From contig OX597824.1 in NCBI GenBank assembly GCA_951406725.2, positions 15,562,001 to 15,626,000 of the forward strand: DNA of 64,000 nucleotides. The letters run 5' to 3'. This document shows positions 27,047-41,148 of the stretch, piece by piece. Below the pieces are notes generated by a model that worked only from the letters and a program-made list of their open reading frames with translations, made no database searches and was not told the DNA's origin. The stretch comes from Octopus vulgaris. Its lineage: Eukaryota. A program made the position numbers and the translations under genes. Position 1 is the first letter of the stretch; each line of letters starts with the position of its first letter.

Positions 27047-27103
27047 GCCGCTGAAGAGGGGAAAATTTCTTATGAATTAACCCCGAAATTGGACCAATAC
27101 GGT
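27047..27103 (+). ncRNA. Type-I hammerhead ribozyme motif with intact core, inside a ~340-bp insert (about 26893-27230) between (TA)n tracts
   Basis: GCCG CTGAAGA GGGG-19 nt-CCCC GAAA TTGGACCAA TA CGGT; stems I, II and III all pair. Confidence 0.72.
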
Positions 27104-27225
27104 CATAACGAATTTTTTAGAGATATATATATCGGTTTGTTTCGAGACGCATAAATTTAATGGTTATCGATAATTTTTTGTTTCGGCGTATCTGGCATTA
27201 GAATTTTCTTCTGCCCTTATCTTGT

Positions 27226-27308
<83 letters not shown>

Positions 27309-27319
27309 GTTTATATATA

Positions 27320-27548
27320 CATGTTGGTCCAAACTAGGTTTACAATTATTCAACTGTCTTTCGCCTTCATATATTAATAGTTTAGATCTTAATTATTTAA
27401 AAAATATGAAACCGTTATTCTATACTAATTTAGTTAATTTTGTTAAGTTCCGTCCTCAGTTTGTAAGATAGAAATTTAAATATAATAAAATTATTTAAAA
27501 GAAAATTAATGTGACTACATGATAACTGTAAACCTATTTAGGGCCACC

Positions 27549-27551
<3 letters not shown>
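27320..27551. mobile_element. Tc1/mariner-type MITE
   Basis: Imperfect TIRs CATGTTGGTCCAAACTAGGTTTACAATTA / CAGGGTGGCCCTAAATAGGTTTACAGTTA, TA on both sides. Confidence 0.75.
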
Positions 27552-27612
<61 letters not shown>

Positions 27613-28239
27613 GGAGGGAGATGTGATACTTGCGTTTGCTATTCATTTATACTTTCATTTTATATATGATGTATTTGAATTACCCTATATGAATCTGCTT
27701 GTAGACGCACACATTTATACCTGAAAATGTGTTTCGATACGTATATACCTACATGTGTATAGATATATGTATATATATCTGGATTTATCAGTTGGTGTGC
27801 AGTTTCTAATATTGGTATAAAATATCTGCATTTCTATAAAAATACCAGCGACGAAGAAACACCAATCTACCATCACTCCACTCTGCTGTTGGTGCTCTGA
27901 AGGACTAAACAAATTAGAAACCCTAACATTCATTCTTGAAGGACCTTTATAAGAATTTTTATTCGGTCTCATTCCTTTCGCTTTTAATTTTATTTTGATA
28001 ATTGCTTTTGTAACTAAAATATTGAAGGTAATATCCGGTTAATAGTTATTTTCTACATAAAATACTTATATACATACAAGCATCACTACCATCATCATCA
28101 TCATCGTCATCATCGTCATCATCTATGTATATATACATATACTAGCATATGCATATGCGTATATATATATATATAAATGTACATATATATGTATGCATGT
28201 ATATATATATGTATATATATATACACATATATATACATG

Positions 28240-28283
<44 letters not shown>

Positions 28284-28320
28284 CATACCCATATATCCAC
28301 ACGTATATATATGTGTATAC

Positions 28321-28368
<48 letters not shown>

Positions 28369-28424
28369 TTATATATATATATCTTACATATACATATACA
28401 TATAACCATATATAAATATATGCT

Positions 28425-28460
<36 letters not shown>

Positions 28461-28575
28461 TGAAATATATATATATATGTGTGTGTACACATACACCATA
28501 AGGGCTATACATATGTGTATGCATATTATCTTCGTGAGAACAGAACGAATGCTTCAAAATTTATTATTATCATTA

Positions 28576-28664
<89 letters not shown>

Positions 28665-28666
28665 CA

Positions 28667-28735
<69 letters not shown>

Positions 28736-28903
28736 CTGTTGTTGCTCTCATTATTGTTATTAGTAGGTAATTATTGTAGCGGTATTAACAGTAATACGTA
28801 AACTCTGGGAATGGTTTTACGTACGCCATGATCTTTCCTCATCAGGTTTAAGTTTTGTGTTTCGGGTTTTTGTATGTACCTGAATGTGTCCCTGAGTGTG
28901 TGT

Positions 28904-28969
<66 letters not shown>

Positions 28970-29269
28970 ACATACATATGTGTGTGTATGTATATACGTG
29001 CTATGTTTTAATTTCATAGAGTTTGTCGTTACTTCAAGTTTCACGATTTTTTTTATCATGTAACCTTTCAATGCCGACTGTAACGGAAAACGTCCCACTG
29101 TCCTTGATTGAATCAACCCTTCGCTGTTCCCTGTCCAATGAAAAACCGCAAATGCCTTTAGAAGGAATAAATATTACAACACTTAAAACAACGCGTTCAT
29201 GTGTCTCCGCGTGCGCGCGTATTTGTGTGTGTGTGTGTATACATATATATATCTTGGATGTTTTGTTAG

Positions 29270-29830
<561 letters not shown>

Positions 29831-29838
29831 TATCAATG

Positions 29839-29931
<93 letters not shown>

Positions 29932-30121
29932 CATATATATATACACGTATATATGTTTATATGTATTTTCCTATGTATATATTTATATATTTATATATGT
30001 ATGTATTTATATGTATGCATGTATATACATACACGCACAAATATGTATACACACATACATATATATATTTAATATATATATATATATATACATATATATA
30101 CATATATATATACATATATAT

Positions 30122-30191
<70 letters not shown>

Positions 30192-31077
30192 GTGCATGTG
30201 TATGAGAGATTGCGTGAGAGAGACAAAAAAAAAAAGAAAGAGTGAGAGTGAAGAGAAAGAAAGAGAGAAAGAAACAGATGTGGGGAGGAATAAATGATTG
30301 CTGTATCAGAATTCTTTAGTTGAAAGGCAAATTTAGCAACGTTAATTCTGATATATTTGATGGGCCTTCTTTTGCATTTGCAGCAAACGTTGGTAAATAT
30401 GCTTTGAAGATCTCCCTGTAACCTTCTTGCCTTTCACTAATGCATGACAGATTCATGCTTATAAGTATTATTACTCCCTTAGTGCTACATACATACATAC
30501 ATACATACATACATACATACATACATACATACACACACACATATAGATACATATACGTATGTATGTTCCAAGAAGGATTTTCATCTCAGCTTAAATATAG
30601 ATGCTGCTCCAGAAAAGCTTCAAATCTATTTTCGTCAGTGTAATTCTTGAAACTGCTCGTAGAGTTTGTTCCTCTTTTATTATTCCTTAGAAGCTCGCCG
30701 GCGTTGCTAAATCTGTTTTCTTTGGAAAAGCCCTATGTCTGTGATTCCTTATTTTTACTATTTCCATTTGCAATTCAGCAGATAGGAATGATAAAACTTT
30801 GGATACTTTGCCTTCGCTGTAATAATTTGTTATCAAACCTATATGTTCTAAGTTCAATTCCTGCTGGAGGTCAAGTTTTGTTTTTAAATTACATATCTGC
30901 TCTCTTACTGTTCAACAAAATAAGTACCATTCATGTACTGCGGGGAGTAGAGGGGTCTTTTCTTTTGACTGTAAGAAAGCATCGGAATTCGTATCTTAAG
31001 CTTATACAGTATTTTCATCGTAACCATTCTTTGTTGTCATTACTAGCATAACCACTATAGGCTGTAGTCATCATCCT

Positions 31078-31081
31078 CTTC

Positions 31082-31117
<36 letters not shown>

Positions 31118-31154
31118 GTCGTCGTCGTCGTCGTCGTTATCATCGTCGTCGTCG

Positions 31155-31191
<37 letters not shown>

Positions 31192-31320
31192 TATCATCAA
31201 CATCATCATCATCATCATCATCATCCTCATCATCATCATCATCATCGTCGTCGTCGTCGTTATCATCGTCGTCGTCGTCATCATCATCATCATCATCATC
31301 ATTATCATCATCATTTATTA
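31078..31320. repeat. (ATC)n/(GTC)n compound trinucleotide repeat
   Basis: Read directly; produces the poly-D/poly-M ORFs. Confidence 0.9.
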
Positions 31321-31478
31321 TCACAGTCGTCATCGTCGTCGTTAGCATCAGTACTCTACTCCTCACCCCTCATGATCACAACCATGTGTCAGCATTACCA
31401 CTACCACCACCACCACCACCACCACAATCACCACCATGTTAATCAGAATATTTTATCGTGGTAACTAAAAATACTATC

Positions 31479-31516
<38 letters not shown>

Positions 31517-31777
31517 AAAAAGTAATAGGAGTTTTTTAACAAAAAACAAATCACTACACTCATCAAGTAAGAAAAACAAAAGCATGGCATCACATAATGT
31601 ACTTTTTGTCTTGCTGCATATCGGCCTAAAAACCCATCAACAGCAACAAAAACCACAGCAACAATTATTTTATCATTTTAACTTTAATGAAACATTTCTC
31701 ATCACCTGCCGATCATCTACATCCATGATTTCTTTCATTTTGTGTTGTGTTGTTTCATATAATCTCTTATTTTCCAT

Positions 31778-31818
<41 letters not shown>

Positions 31819-32114
31819 TATATGTATGTGTGTGTGTGTATATACATATAAATATACATATATATGTATATTCATGGAGGCGTTTGTGGTGATGGGGGGT
31901 CTTTTCTTTATTTCCTCTCGTTTACTCACGAACAAAAACGAATGCTTTTGTGATAAAAGATGTTAATTTTGGAGATTAAAGCATGATTAAACTTGGAGTC
32001 ATATATAAATAGGAAGAATGGCAGAGGAAAAAGAAAAGAAAGAAGGAAAAAAAGAAAACAGTGTCAAGCAGAATGTTCAGTCATGCAGTAAAATTGCTAC
32101 TTTGTATTCTGTTC

Positions 32115-32222
<108 letters not shown>

Positions 32223-32279
32223 GTATACATATACTTACATATACATGTGTGTGCTTACGTGCGTGTGTCTCTGTATACA

Positions 32280-32321
<42 letters not shown>

Positions 32322-32796
32322 AATGCATATATGTATATGTATATCTATATATCTTTCTACACACTCATATACATATATGTATGTATATACATACATATAT
32401 ATTTATGTATGTATAAATGTATATACTTATATACTTATATATATATATATCGGATATGATCTTAATGTTTGCACGGTGTGTTCATTTTATGTATGTTTTA
32501 GTTGGGGTGTGGCGTGCGGTAATGCTATGCTGTGGTGTCGAAGTGCTTTTGAGATGTAGTTGACCTGTAGTGGCAGCACGTGTGGTTGATGTGCAATGAT
32601 GTGTATTGTTTTTTTGTGTGTTGAGCTCTGTTGGAAGGGTTAGTGGTGTTGATACAATATCGTGCGGTATGATAGTTAAACAAAAATAGCTGTTGATCGA
32701 CTGGAGTGTTGTGTTTCAGCTGCATCAAGTTCTGAGTGCAATGACGTTCACTCGTCAGAGCGAAGAGGATCATCTAATGATCCTGACGTTGGTGTT

Positions 32797-33141
32797 TGTT
32801 TGAGCGAAGCGGTCTTCGTCCCATTAGTGGGAGAAGTCCGAAACGTGGTCCTTTGCTATTCGTAAAACCCGCAGAAGAGAAAGCAGGTCAACCCCCGACA
32901 CCGAGAGCATCGACGGATGGATGGATGAATGCGCATCCAGGCTCAGCGGTTGCGTAGGAAGTCGGGGTCTAGAAACAGGAAGAGAGAGTGAGAGAAAGTT
33001 GGAGCGAAAGAGTAAAACAAGGGTCGCCACCACCCCCTGCCGGAGCCTCGTGGAGCTTTAGGTGTTTTAGGCCTGGGAATCAAAACCGCGATCCTCCGAC
33101 CGCGAGTCCGCTCCCCTCACCACTGGGCCATTGCACATCTA
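32797..33141 (-). mobile_element. SINE with family-B head but different 3' body; 14-bp TSD
   Basis: TSD CTGACGTTGGTGTT at 32783-32796 and 33142-33155; head matches 11723-11837. Confidence 0.85.
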
Positions 33142-33502
33142 CTGACGTTGGTGTTGGGTTTCGTGGGTGCGTTGGCCACTGAGCAAGCCAGGCTGCGCAC
33201 ACAAGATTCTCTGGCAATTTGGACAGGGATTTGTGGTGATAGCTGGGAATGTAATGGCGTTGGTTTTCCTGGCCTGCCTGCATTACTTAGCTGCCGCATT
33301 TTTGTTGGCTTCACTGGTTTGCACATCCTTACGGACAGCTGATCACCACTTGCTTCTATCTTGAGCTAGCTTCTCCCATGTATCATGACTGATATTGACT
33401 GCCCTTAGAGAAGTTTTTAAGCGTCTTTGACTCACTTCTTCTGGTGTTCATAGAAGCGTTTTCCTTGCTGGCGTTCGCCATGTAATAGTTTCTTTGAGAA
33501 CC

Positions 33503-33740
33503 TATTTCTTTACTACACACAAGGGGCTAAACACAGAGGGGACAAACAAGAACAGACATACGGTCAAGTCGATTACTTCGACTCCCCCCCCCCAGTGCGT
33601 AACTGGTACTTAATTTATCGACCCCGAAAGGATGAAAGGCAAAGTCGACCTCGGCGGAATTTGAACTCAGAACGTAACGGCAGACGAAATACGGCTACGC
33701 ATTTCGCCCGGCGTGCTAACGTTTCGGCCAGCTCGCCGCC
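33503..33740 (-). mobile_element. SINE family C, full length; 14-bp TSD
   Basis: TSD TTTCTTTGAGAACC at 33489-33502 and 33741-33754; head GGCGGCGAGCTGGC..GAGTTCAAATTCC. Confidence 0.92.
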
Positions 33741-33902
33741 TTTCTTTGAGAACCGGTGGCCTGCATCCAGTTCTCTGTTTGGTGACTACATGAATAAAGG
33801 AGAGAACAAGCCTGTTTACAGTATGGACCAAAACACACCAGTGATATTGACAGATGGTCATTACTAAACGATAACAAACACTACACATTCACTGACATGC
33901 AC

Positions 33903-33954
<52 letters not shown>

Positions 33955-34504
33955 ATATATTATTAGCTCAAACATATCCACATTCCCCCCCCCCCACGCT
34001 ATCCAGGATCTCTCTGCTTCCTACTCCACTCTTTCAATTATTCCTCACTCACATACTTCGTACAATTGTCAATGATTGTGCTTCGAGGTCTTGAGTGGGG
34101 TTAGATAAATAGAGAAGTTGGAGAGTGTGGCATTTTTGGAGTGAATAGTATTATACAGAAAAGAAGGAAACACTGTTGCTGCTACTGTTGTTGTTGCTGC
34201 TCATCTTATTGTTGTTGTTGTTTTCTTTAATCTTCGTTTTGGATGTATCTAATTTGGTCAGCTTACAAATCTATTTCTCTTTTCTACTACACACTGTAGT
34301 ACTATTTCTATCAAATTGTTACACTGCAAAGCACTTTATAAACCGCATTGAGATATTATATACTCTGTACAACCAATAATGTAATACTAATAGCGACAAT
34401 CCTTACACCCTAACATACATTATACAACGAACAATGTGACGCTAGTTGTGACAAGTCACTAGCCTCCAAGTTACGCTATACGAAGTGGCAACGTAACACA
34501 AGTC

Positions 34505-34810
34505 GTTGAGTTCAAATTCCGCCGAGGTCGACTTTGCCTTTTATCCTTTCGGGGTCGATAAATTCAATGCTAGTTGCGTACTGAGGTTGATCTAAACGTC
34601 TGGTCCCCTCCACCAAAATTTCGGGCCTTGTACCCAGAGTAGAAAAGAGTGTAACACAAGTTGTATCTAGTCTCCATACTACACGATGCACTTCACAATC
34701 AGGAATACGTCACTTGTAGTGTAAAGCGGCAGGCTGGAAGAATTGTTAGCACGCCGGAGGAAATGCTTAGCGGCATTTAATCCGCCTTTACTTTCGGAGT
34801 TCAAACTCAG
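34505..34810 (+). mobile_element. SINE family C fragments
   Basis: GAGTTCAAATTCCGCCGAGGTCGACTTTGCC at about 34508; head remnant GTTAGCACGCCG..GAAATGCTTAGCGG at about 34745. Confidence 0.7.
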
Positions 34811-35398
34811 CACTGTGACACTGAGCATGTGAACAGCCCCACACCATAAGTCACACGAAATACCATCACTGCGTCCTAAGGTATGTCAACCCACAAACTA
34901 CACACCTATGTAACGACACTGTGACACTAGATGCGTCAACCAGTCACTCTGCAAGCCCCATTACATAACGGTAGTGTGACACAACACTATCTCAATATCA
35001 ATGTATGACGCCATGGTGTGTCAGTTTCCCCACACTGTTACACACACACGCGCGCGCATATGTGCGTGGACTTGAAATTATATCATATACAATTTTTTTA
35101 TTTTTAAAGATGATAGACAGTGATAGGGAGGTTATTTTGCTATCCTTTCTAGTAAATCAAGCCTTTTCATTTTTAACTGTTCGTTGAGAAAAAGTGTTCT
35201 AAGTGGAAATAATTATATGAGTATGTATAAAACAGCAGTTGAAATACGAAGACTAAGAGTGAATCTCTATGTGGCAGCTTGATCAGCTAGAACAAGCAGT
35301 GAAATATCCTTAAAAATACAAATAAAAAATGTAACACAATCGACAATAGCAAAAACCAATAGAAATCAAAAGAAAATAACACTGGATGGTTATAGTTC

Positions 35399-36010
35399 TT
35401 TTCTACTCTACGCACAAGGCCTGAAATTTTTGGGGAGGGGCCAGTCGATTAGATTGACCCCAATACGCAACTGGTGCTTAATTTATCAACCCCGAAAGGA
35501 CGAAAGGCAAAGTCGACCTCGGCGGAGTTTGAACTCAGAATGTAAAGACAGAAGAAATACCTATTTCTTTATTACCCACAAGGGGCTAAACACAGAGGGA
35601 ACAAACAAGGACAGACATAGGTATTAAGTCGATTACATCGACCCCAGTTCGTAACTGGTACTTAATTTATCGACCCCGAAAGGATGAAAGGCAAAGTCGA
35701 CCTCGGCGGAATTTGAACTCACAACGTAACGCAGAAGAAATACCGCTAAGCATTTCACCCGGCGTGCTCACGATTCTTACTTCTTTATGGCCCACAGGGG
35801 GGCTAAACATAGAGGGGACAAACAAGGACAGACAAACGGATTAAGTCGATTACATCGACCCCAGTGCGTAACTGGTGCTTGATTTATCGACCACGAAGGG
35901 ATGAAAGGCAAAGTCGATCCCGGCGGAATTTGAACTCAGAACGTAGCGGCAGACGAAATACCGCAATGCATTTCTCCCGACGTGCTCACGATTCTGCCTT
36001 CTCGCCGCCT
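35399..36010 (-). mobile_element. Head-to-tail array of three SINE family C copies
   Basis: Three GAAAGGCAAAGTCGA cores (about 35500, 35685, 35903) with no unique spacer. Confidence 0.88.
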
Positions 36011-36342
36011 TCGGATGGTTACAGTTGTTCTAAGTCTGCTCGATCTGGACTAATTCGGGGGCTAAACACTGCCATCACCAGCATCAACACTACCGCCATC
36101 GCCAGCACCCCCACCGCTCCCACCAACAGCAGTAGTAGCAGCAATTCAAGAATTATTTATTAAAAAAAAGCCATGCTAGTTACTTTATATTTATGTTGTA
36201 ATTAATAGTACATAAATGACGTCGTATTAATTCCTTAGTCTAGCGTGATGTCGTACAGTGATTTTATTTCATAAGAACCAAATCCAAAGTGCTGATTAAT
36301 TGCTGTAGAAGATGTAAGAATACAGAGCATTAATAATAATTA

Positions 36343-36919
36343 TTGGGTTGTCCTGAAAGTTCGTACCGATTTATAATAGCTTACCTTTCGACTTATTTTT
36401 CGACTTATTTTCGACTTATTCAGTCCATAAAATAGGATTTGTCTACACCTCCATTTAGAGCACAATTTAAGCAATCTCTTCGTGGAAGAAGGTTTACGTT
36501 CCTATAACCTGTGTTAATTCTGTAACCCTTTAATATGGAAGATAAGAAAGTTCATTTTCGGCACTTGATGCTTTGGGAACCAGACAAAAATTGCTGCAGC
36601 TCGGCTGGGGATCTGTTACCCCGCCCTCCATATTCACCAGATATTGCTCCATCGGATTTCCAATTATTCAGGTCTCTGCAGAATAGTCTTAATGGTAAAA
36701 ATTTCAATTCCTTGGATGACGCAAAAAGATACCTTGATGAATTATTTGCCATGAAACCATCTCAATTCTGGGAAGAGGGTATTTTCAAGTTAAAGGAAAG
36801 ATGGAGACGCATTTTGCAGCAAAATGGTTCATATTTGGTTGATTAAAAATGTAATGGCAAGTATTTATTGACCATTTTCTTTCCTTTAAAAATCAGCACC
36901 AACTTTCCGGACAACCCAA
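36343..36919 (+). mobile_element. Internally deleted mariner element (577 bp)
   Basis: TIRs TTGGGTTGTCCTGAAAGTTCGTACCGATTT / TTGGGTTGTCCGGAAAGTTGGTGCTGATTT, TA on both sides (36341-42, 36920-21). Confidence 0.92.
36535..36846 (+). pseudogene. Mariner transposase remnant: N-terminal 15 aa fused to the C-terminal YSPDIAPSD region
   Basis: MEDKKVHFRHLMLWE..PPYSPDIAPSDFQLFRSLQNSL..GIFKLKERWRRILQQNGSYL. Confidence 0.88.
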
Positions 36920-36929
36920 TATAATAATA

Positions 36930-37344
36930 CTTTCCACTATTGGCACAAGGCCTGAAATTTACAGACCTAGTTCTCAACTAGTATTTACTTCATGGAACCC
37001 GAAAGTATGAAAGCAAAGTCGACTTCGATGGAACTTGAACACAGGACATAAAGACAGACGGAATGCCGCTAAGCATTTCCCCCCAAACGTTAAAATTTCA
37101 TCCGGGTAGCTACCTTAATAACGGATAATAATCCTTTATACTCAAGGCACAAGGTCTGAAATTTGGTGAGAGGAGACAAGTCGATTACATCGACCCCAGT
37201 GTTTCACTGGCACTTAATTTATCGATCCCGAAAGGATGAAAAGCAAAGTCGATCTCGGCGGAATTTGAACTCAGAATATAAAGACGGACGAAATGCCTTT
37301 CAGAATTTTGTCCAGCGTCTTAACGATTCGGCCAGCACTACGCC

Positions 37345-37403
<59 letters not shown>

Positions 37404-37460
37404 CTTTTCCACTATAGGCACAAGGCCTGGAATTTGTTGCAAGGGGACTAGTCGATTACA
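36930..37460 (-). mobile_element. Degraded SINE family C cluster
   Basis: GGCACAAGG(C/T)CTG three times; AGCAAAGTCGA cores. Confidence 0.75.
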
Positions 37461-37473
37461 TTATCTAGACATG

Positions 37474-37559
<86 letters not shown>

Positions 37560-38504
37560 CGTATGTACGTATGTACATATGTACGTATGTATGTATGTAT
37601 GTATGTACGTATGTACGTATGTATGTATGTATGTATGTATGTACGAATGTGTATGCATGTATGTGTATGTATGTGTATGCATGGATGTAAATATGTGTAT
37701 GTATGTGTGCTATGTAAGTTTGTCTGTATGTATGTGTACGTATGTATGTATATGTATGTATGTACGTATGTATGTATGTATGTATGTATGTATGTATGTA
37801 TGTATGAGAACTCATTGGGAAAGACTACAGTGGGATAGTGTGAAGTGAAAGACTTTGACAAATCTATCAATTCCTGAAATAGGAAAAAATTATCCTAAAA
37901 CCCTTGCCCGTGTATTTATTGATAGATCGACTTCCCCAAAACACACACTTTCGTTTCAAGAATCTTATGGACATATAAGTTTTGGCTCCTTCAATTTCAT
38001 AATTTATTTCAAGCTGAAGAATCATGAATCGTAACTGCGAGTTTCGCGTTGCCGATTATGCAAACGATAATAATCAGCCGAACACGTCCTTTGTGGGTTA
38101 CGGAGCTGAGAGATAACGTAAAGGCTTCTTCATAGTTTCAACGATTTAAAGGGTTTTTATTTAATTTAATTAGATTAGGAGCAAGTGAACATTTTGTAAA
38201 CAATGGTAATGATAGTATCTATCTCAACGTATTACTGTTACATATTATTTAACGTTTCGAAAAATGAGACTTATGCGCTAGAAATAGTAGTTAAATCACT
38301 TCCAAATTGTACTTTACTATCCTAAAAAATATTCAGATATGCCTTGAATATTGATGCGGTCTTTGATAAATTACGTTTAATGAATATCAACGAAATAGTT
38401 TCGGAGTGGAAGACGTTAGTCATTGTCCTGTACAAATATGGCTGACCCGAAGCTAAAGTCCAGGAAAAATAACAAGAAGGTAACCAGCTAAATACCAGCT
38501 ATTT

Positions 38505-39034
38505 GTGTCCTTGAGCAAGACACTTTATTTCACGTTGCTCCAGTTCACTCAGTTGGCGAAAATGAGTTGTACCTGTATTTTCAAAGGGCCGGCCTTGTCA
38601 TTCAGAACTACGCTAAGGGTACACGTGTCTGTGGAGTGCTCAGCCACCTGCACGTTAATTTCACGAGCAAGCTGTTACGTTGATCGTGTCAGCTGGGACC
38701 CTCGTCATCGCAACCGTCAGAGTGCTCCTATCTGTCAAGGTGCATGGCTTAGTGGTTAGGGTGTTGCACTTGCGATTCCGAGATCGTGGGTTCGATTCAC
38801 AAACCAGGCGTTGCGTTGTGTTCTTAAGCAAAACACTTCATTTCACGTTGCTCTGCGATCATTTCGTCATATGACATTAGCACCCATTTGCACCTGTACA
38901 GGTAATGTCGATCTGATGGAGGGAGTGAGCTTATATCTGTACAAACATTTGATCACTATAAACAAATCATCTGTGTGGTTGTTCGATAAGAAATTGTCGA
39001 ACCCTCATACGTCATCTAACGACGAGAGGATCCA
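38505..39034 (+). mobile_element. Family-B-related SINE fragment (38505-38728) followed by another tRNA-headed SINE (38739-39034)
   Basis: CTGTGGAGTGCTCAGCCAC..GCACGTTAATTTCACGAGC; then TGGCTTAGTGGTTAGG (A box) and GGTTCGATTC (B box). Confidence 0.75.
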
Positions 39035-39383
39035 TTCTTCTTCTTCTTCTTCTTCTTCTTCTTCTTCTTCTTCTTCTTCTTCTTCTTCTTCTTCTTCTTC
39101 TTCTTCTTCTTCTTCTTCTTCTTCTTCTTCTTCTTCTTCTTCTTCTTCTTCTTCTTCCATTCTTCTTCTTCTTCTTCTTCTTTCTTCTTCTTCTTCTTCT
39201 TCTTCTTCTTCTTCTTCTTCCATTCTTCTTCTTCTTTCTTCTTCTTCTTCTTCTTCTTCTTCTTCTTCTTCTTCTTCTTCTTCTTCTTCTCTTCTTCTTC
39301 TTCTTCTTCTTCTTCTTCTTCTTCTTCTTCTTCTTCTTCTTCTTCTTCTTCTTCTTCCTTTTCTTCTTCTTCTTCTTCTTCTT

Positions 39384-39458
<75 letters not shown>
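39035..39458. repeat. (TTC)n tract of about 380 bp followed by (ATT)n
   Basis: Read directly. Confidence 0.95.
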
Positions 39459-39461
<3 letters not shown>

Positions 39462-39667
39462 TCGTTCTGGAAGTATCTTGATGCGAAATCGCGTGTTGAA
39501 ACTGCGAAGTGATTATATCATGAGGGTAATTTTAAATCATCCATCCATCCGTCCGTCCATCCATCCATCCATCCATACATACACACACATACATACATAC
39601 ATGCATGCATACATGCATACACACATAAACTAACAGACATACATACAGACATACAGAGAAAGAGATA

Positions 39668-39712
<45 letters not shown>

Positions 39713-40047
39713 TGTTGCATCCGCTCTTCGTATATCCATACGAAGTACTGTCTATTAAGAAGGTGTTAAAACGTTTCGTCGCACTTCATCGACCACCCCC
39801 ACCAACAAAGTTGCTTGTATCACAATGCTGTGAGTTAGTTACTGGCCAATTAACAGAAAACACCGTCCCAAATCCATTGCGACCGAACCTTAAATATTAC
39901 AGCCAAGCCTCATAAGTGCGCGCACGCGTAGGTTTGTAATGTACATTGTGAGTTTATAATTGCTAAGTTTGGTTTAACAGAATACGATCGCTCGTTATTT
40001 GGTTAGCTTTGCACTCCATCGCACGCATGCACCTCTCTCTCTCTATT

Positions 40048-40085
<38 letters not shown>

Positions 40086-40286
40086 ACACTTGTACACACA
40101 CGAACACACACAGACAATACAGAGAGGTAAACAAATGGAGGGAAATGGGAGGAGTATATGAAACAAAGAGATGGTATTTTGACGGGATAAATAGAATGAT
40201 ACTTTGATGAAACGATGAATAGCTGAAATTATGTTGCTAAGTGACAATACACTTGTATGTATCTATGTGTGTGTATGTACGAATAC

Positions 40287-40359
<73 letters not shown>

Positions 40360-40610
40360 TGTGAATGCGTGGAGGTGTGTGTATACCTGTAAAGATATGC
40401 GTAAATGTCGAGCAAATAAACACACACGCCAAAACCTTGCGCGCACATATATATATATACACACAGAAACCTATAGCTTACAATTGCACACAAATATATA
40501 TTACATATACATTAATTGGTAAATATACATACATACATATATTTACATACATACACACACACAAAATACAAACATACATACATTCATACATACATATATA
40601 TATATATGTA

Positions 40611-40675
<65 letters not shown>

Positions 40676-40789
40676 GTCTATATATATATATATATATATA
40701 CAAGATAAGAAAATGGAGAAATACATCTAAATCAAATATCAATTACCAGATAATACTCACTCACATACTTTATTATATATATATCTCGT

Positions 40790-41091
40790 GGTACTCCGTC
40801 GGTTGCGACGCCGAGATCTCCAGTTGATCCTATCAACGGAACAGCCTGCTGGTGAAATTAATGTGCAAGTGGCTAAGCACTCCACAGACACGGGGAGAAT
40901 TAGCGTGACACAGAGTGTGACAAGGCCGGCCCCTTGAAATACAGGTACAACAGAAACAGGAAGAAAGAGTGAGAGAAAGTTGTGGTGAAGGATTACAGCA
41001 GGGTTCGCCTTCGCTCAATAAACCTCACAACGTCCGTTCTGGGAATCGATCCTATGACCGCGAGTCCGCTGCTCTAACCACTGGGCCATTG

Positions 41092-41092
<1 letters not shown>
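40790..41092 (-). mobile_element. SINE family B with internal deletions
   Basis: Matches 11345-11720 (TCAACGGAACAGCCTGCT, CGAGTCCGCTGC..AACCACTGGGCCATTGC). Confidence 0.85.

Positions 41093-41148
<56 letters not shown>

Larger units (their letters stand above)
32740..33860 (-). mobile_element. RTE-clade LINE 3' fragment interrupted by two SINEs
   Basis: Minus-strand translation with stops and at least one frameshift: LHGERQQGKR..HQKK*VKDA..SLRAVNISHDTWEKLAQDRSKW*SAV..CPNCQRILCAQPGLLSGQRTH, typical of the RTE ORF C-terminus. Confidence 0.8.

Noticed and set aside
28800-28850. Minus-strand AAAC CTGATGA GGAA..TTCC CAGA GTTT hammerhead-like remnant
   Set aside because: GAAA and cleavage triplet are missing; cannot be distinguished from chance
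30300-31050. Complex segment with a 134-aa ORF considered as Six3/6 exon 2 or a retroelement relic
   Set aside because: No recognisable motif, interrupted by a microsatellite, no convincing phase-2 acceptor with a sustained frame
38010-38094. CAAG CTGAAGA ... GAACACGTC CTTTG hammerhead-like arrangement
   Set aside because: Stem II does not close next to the core and GAAA is altered
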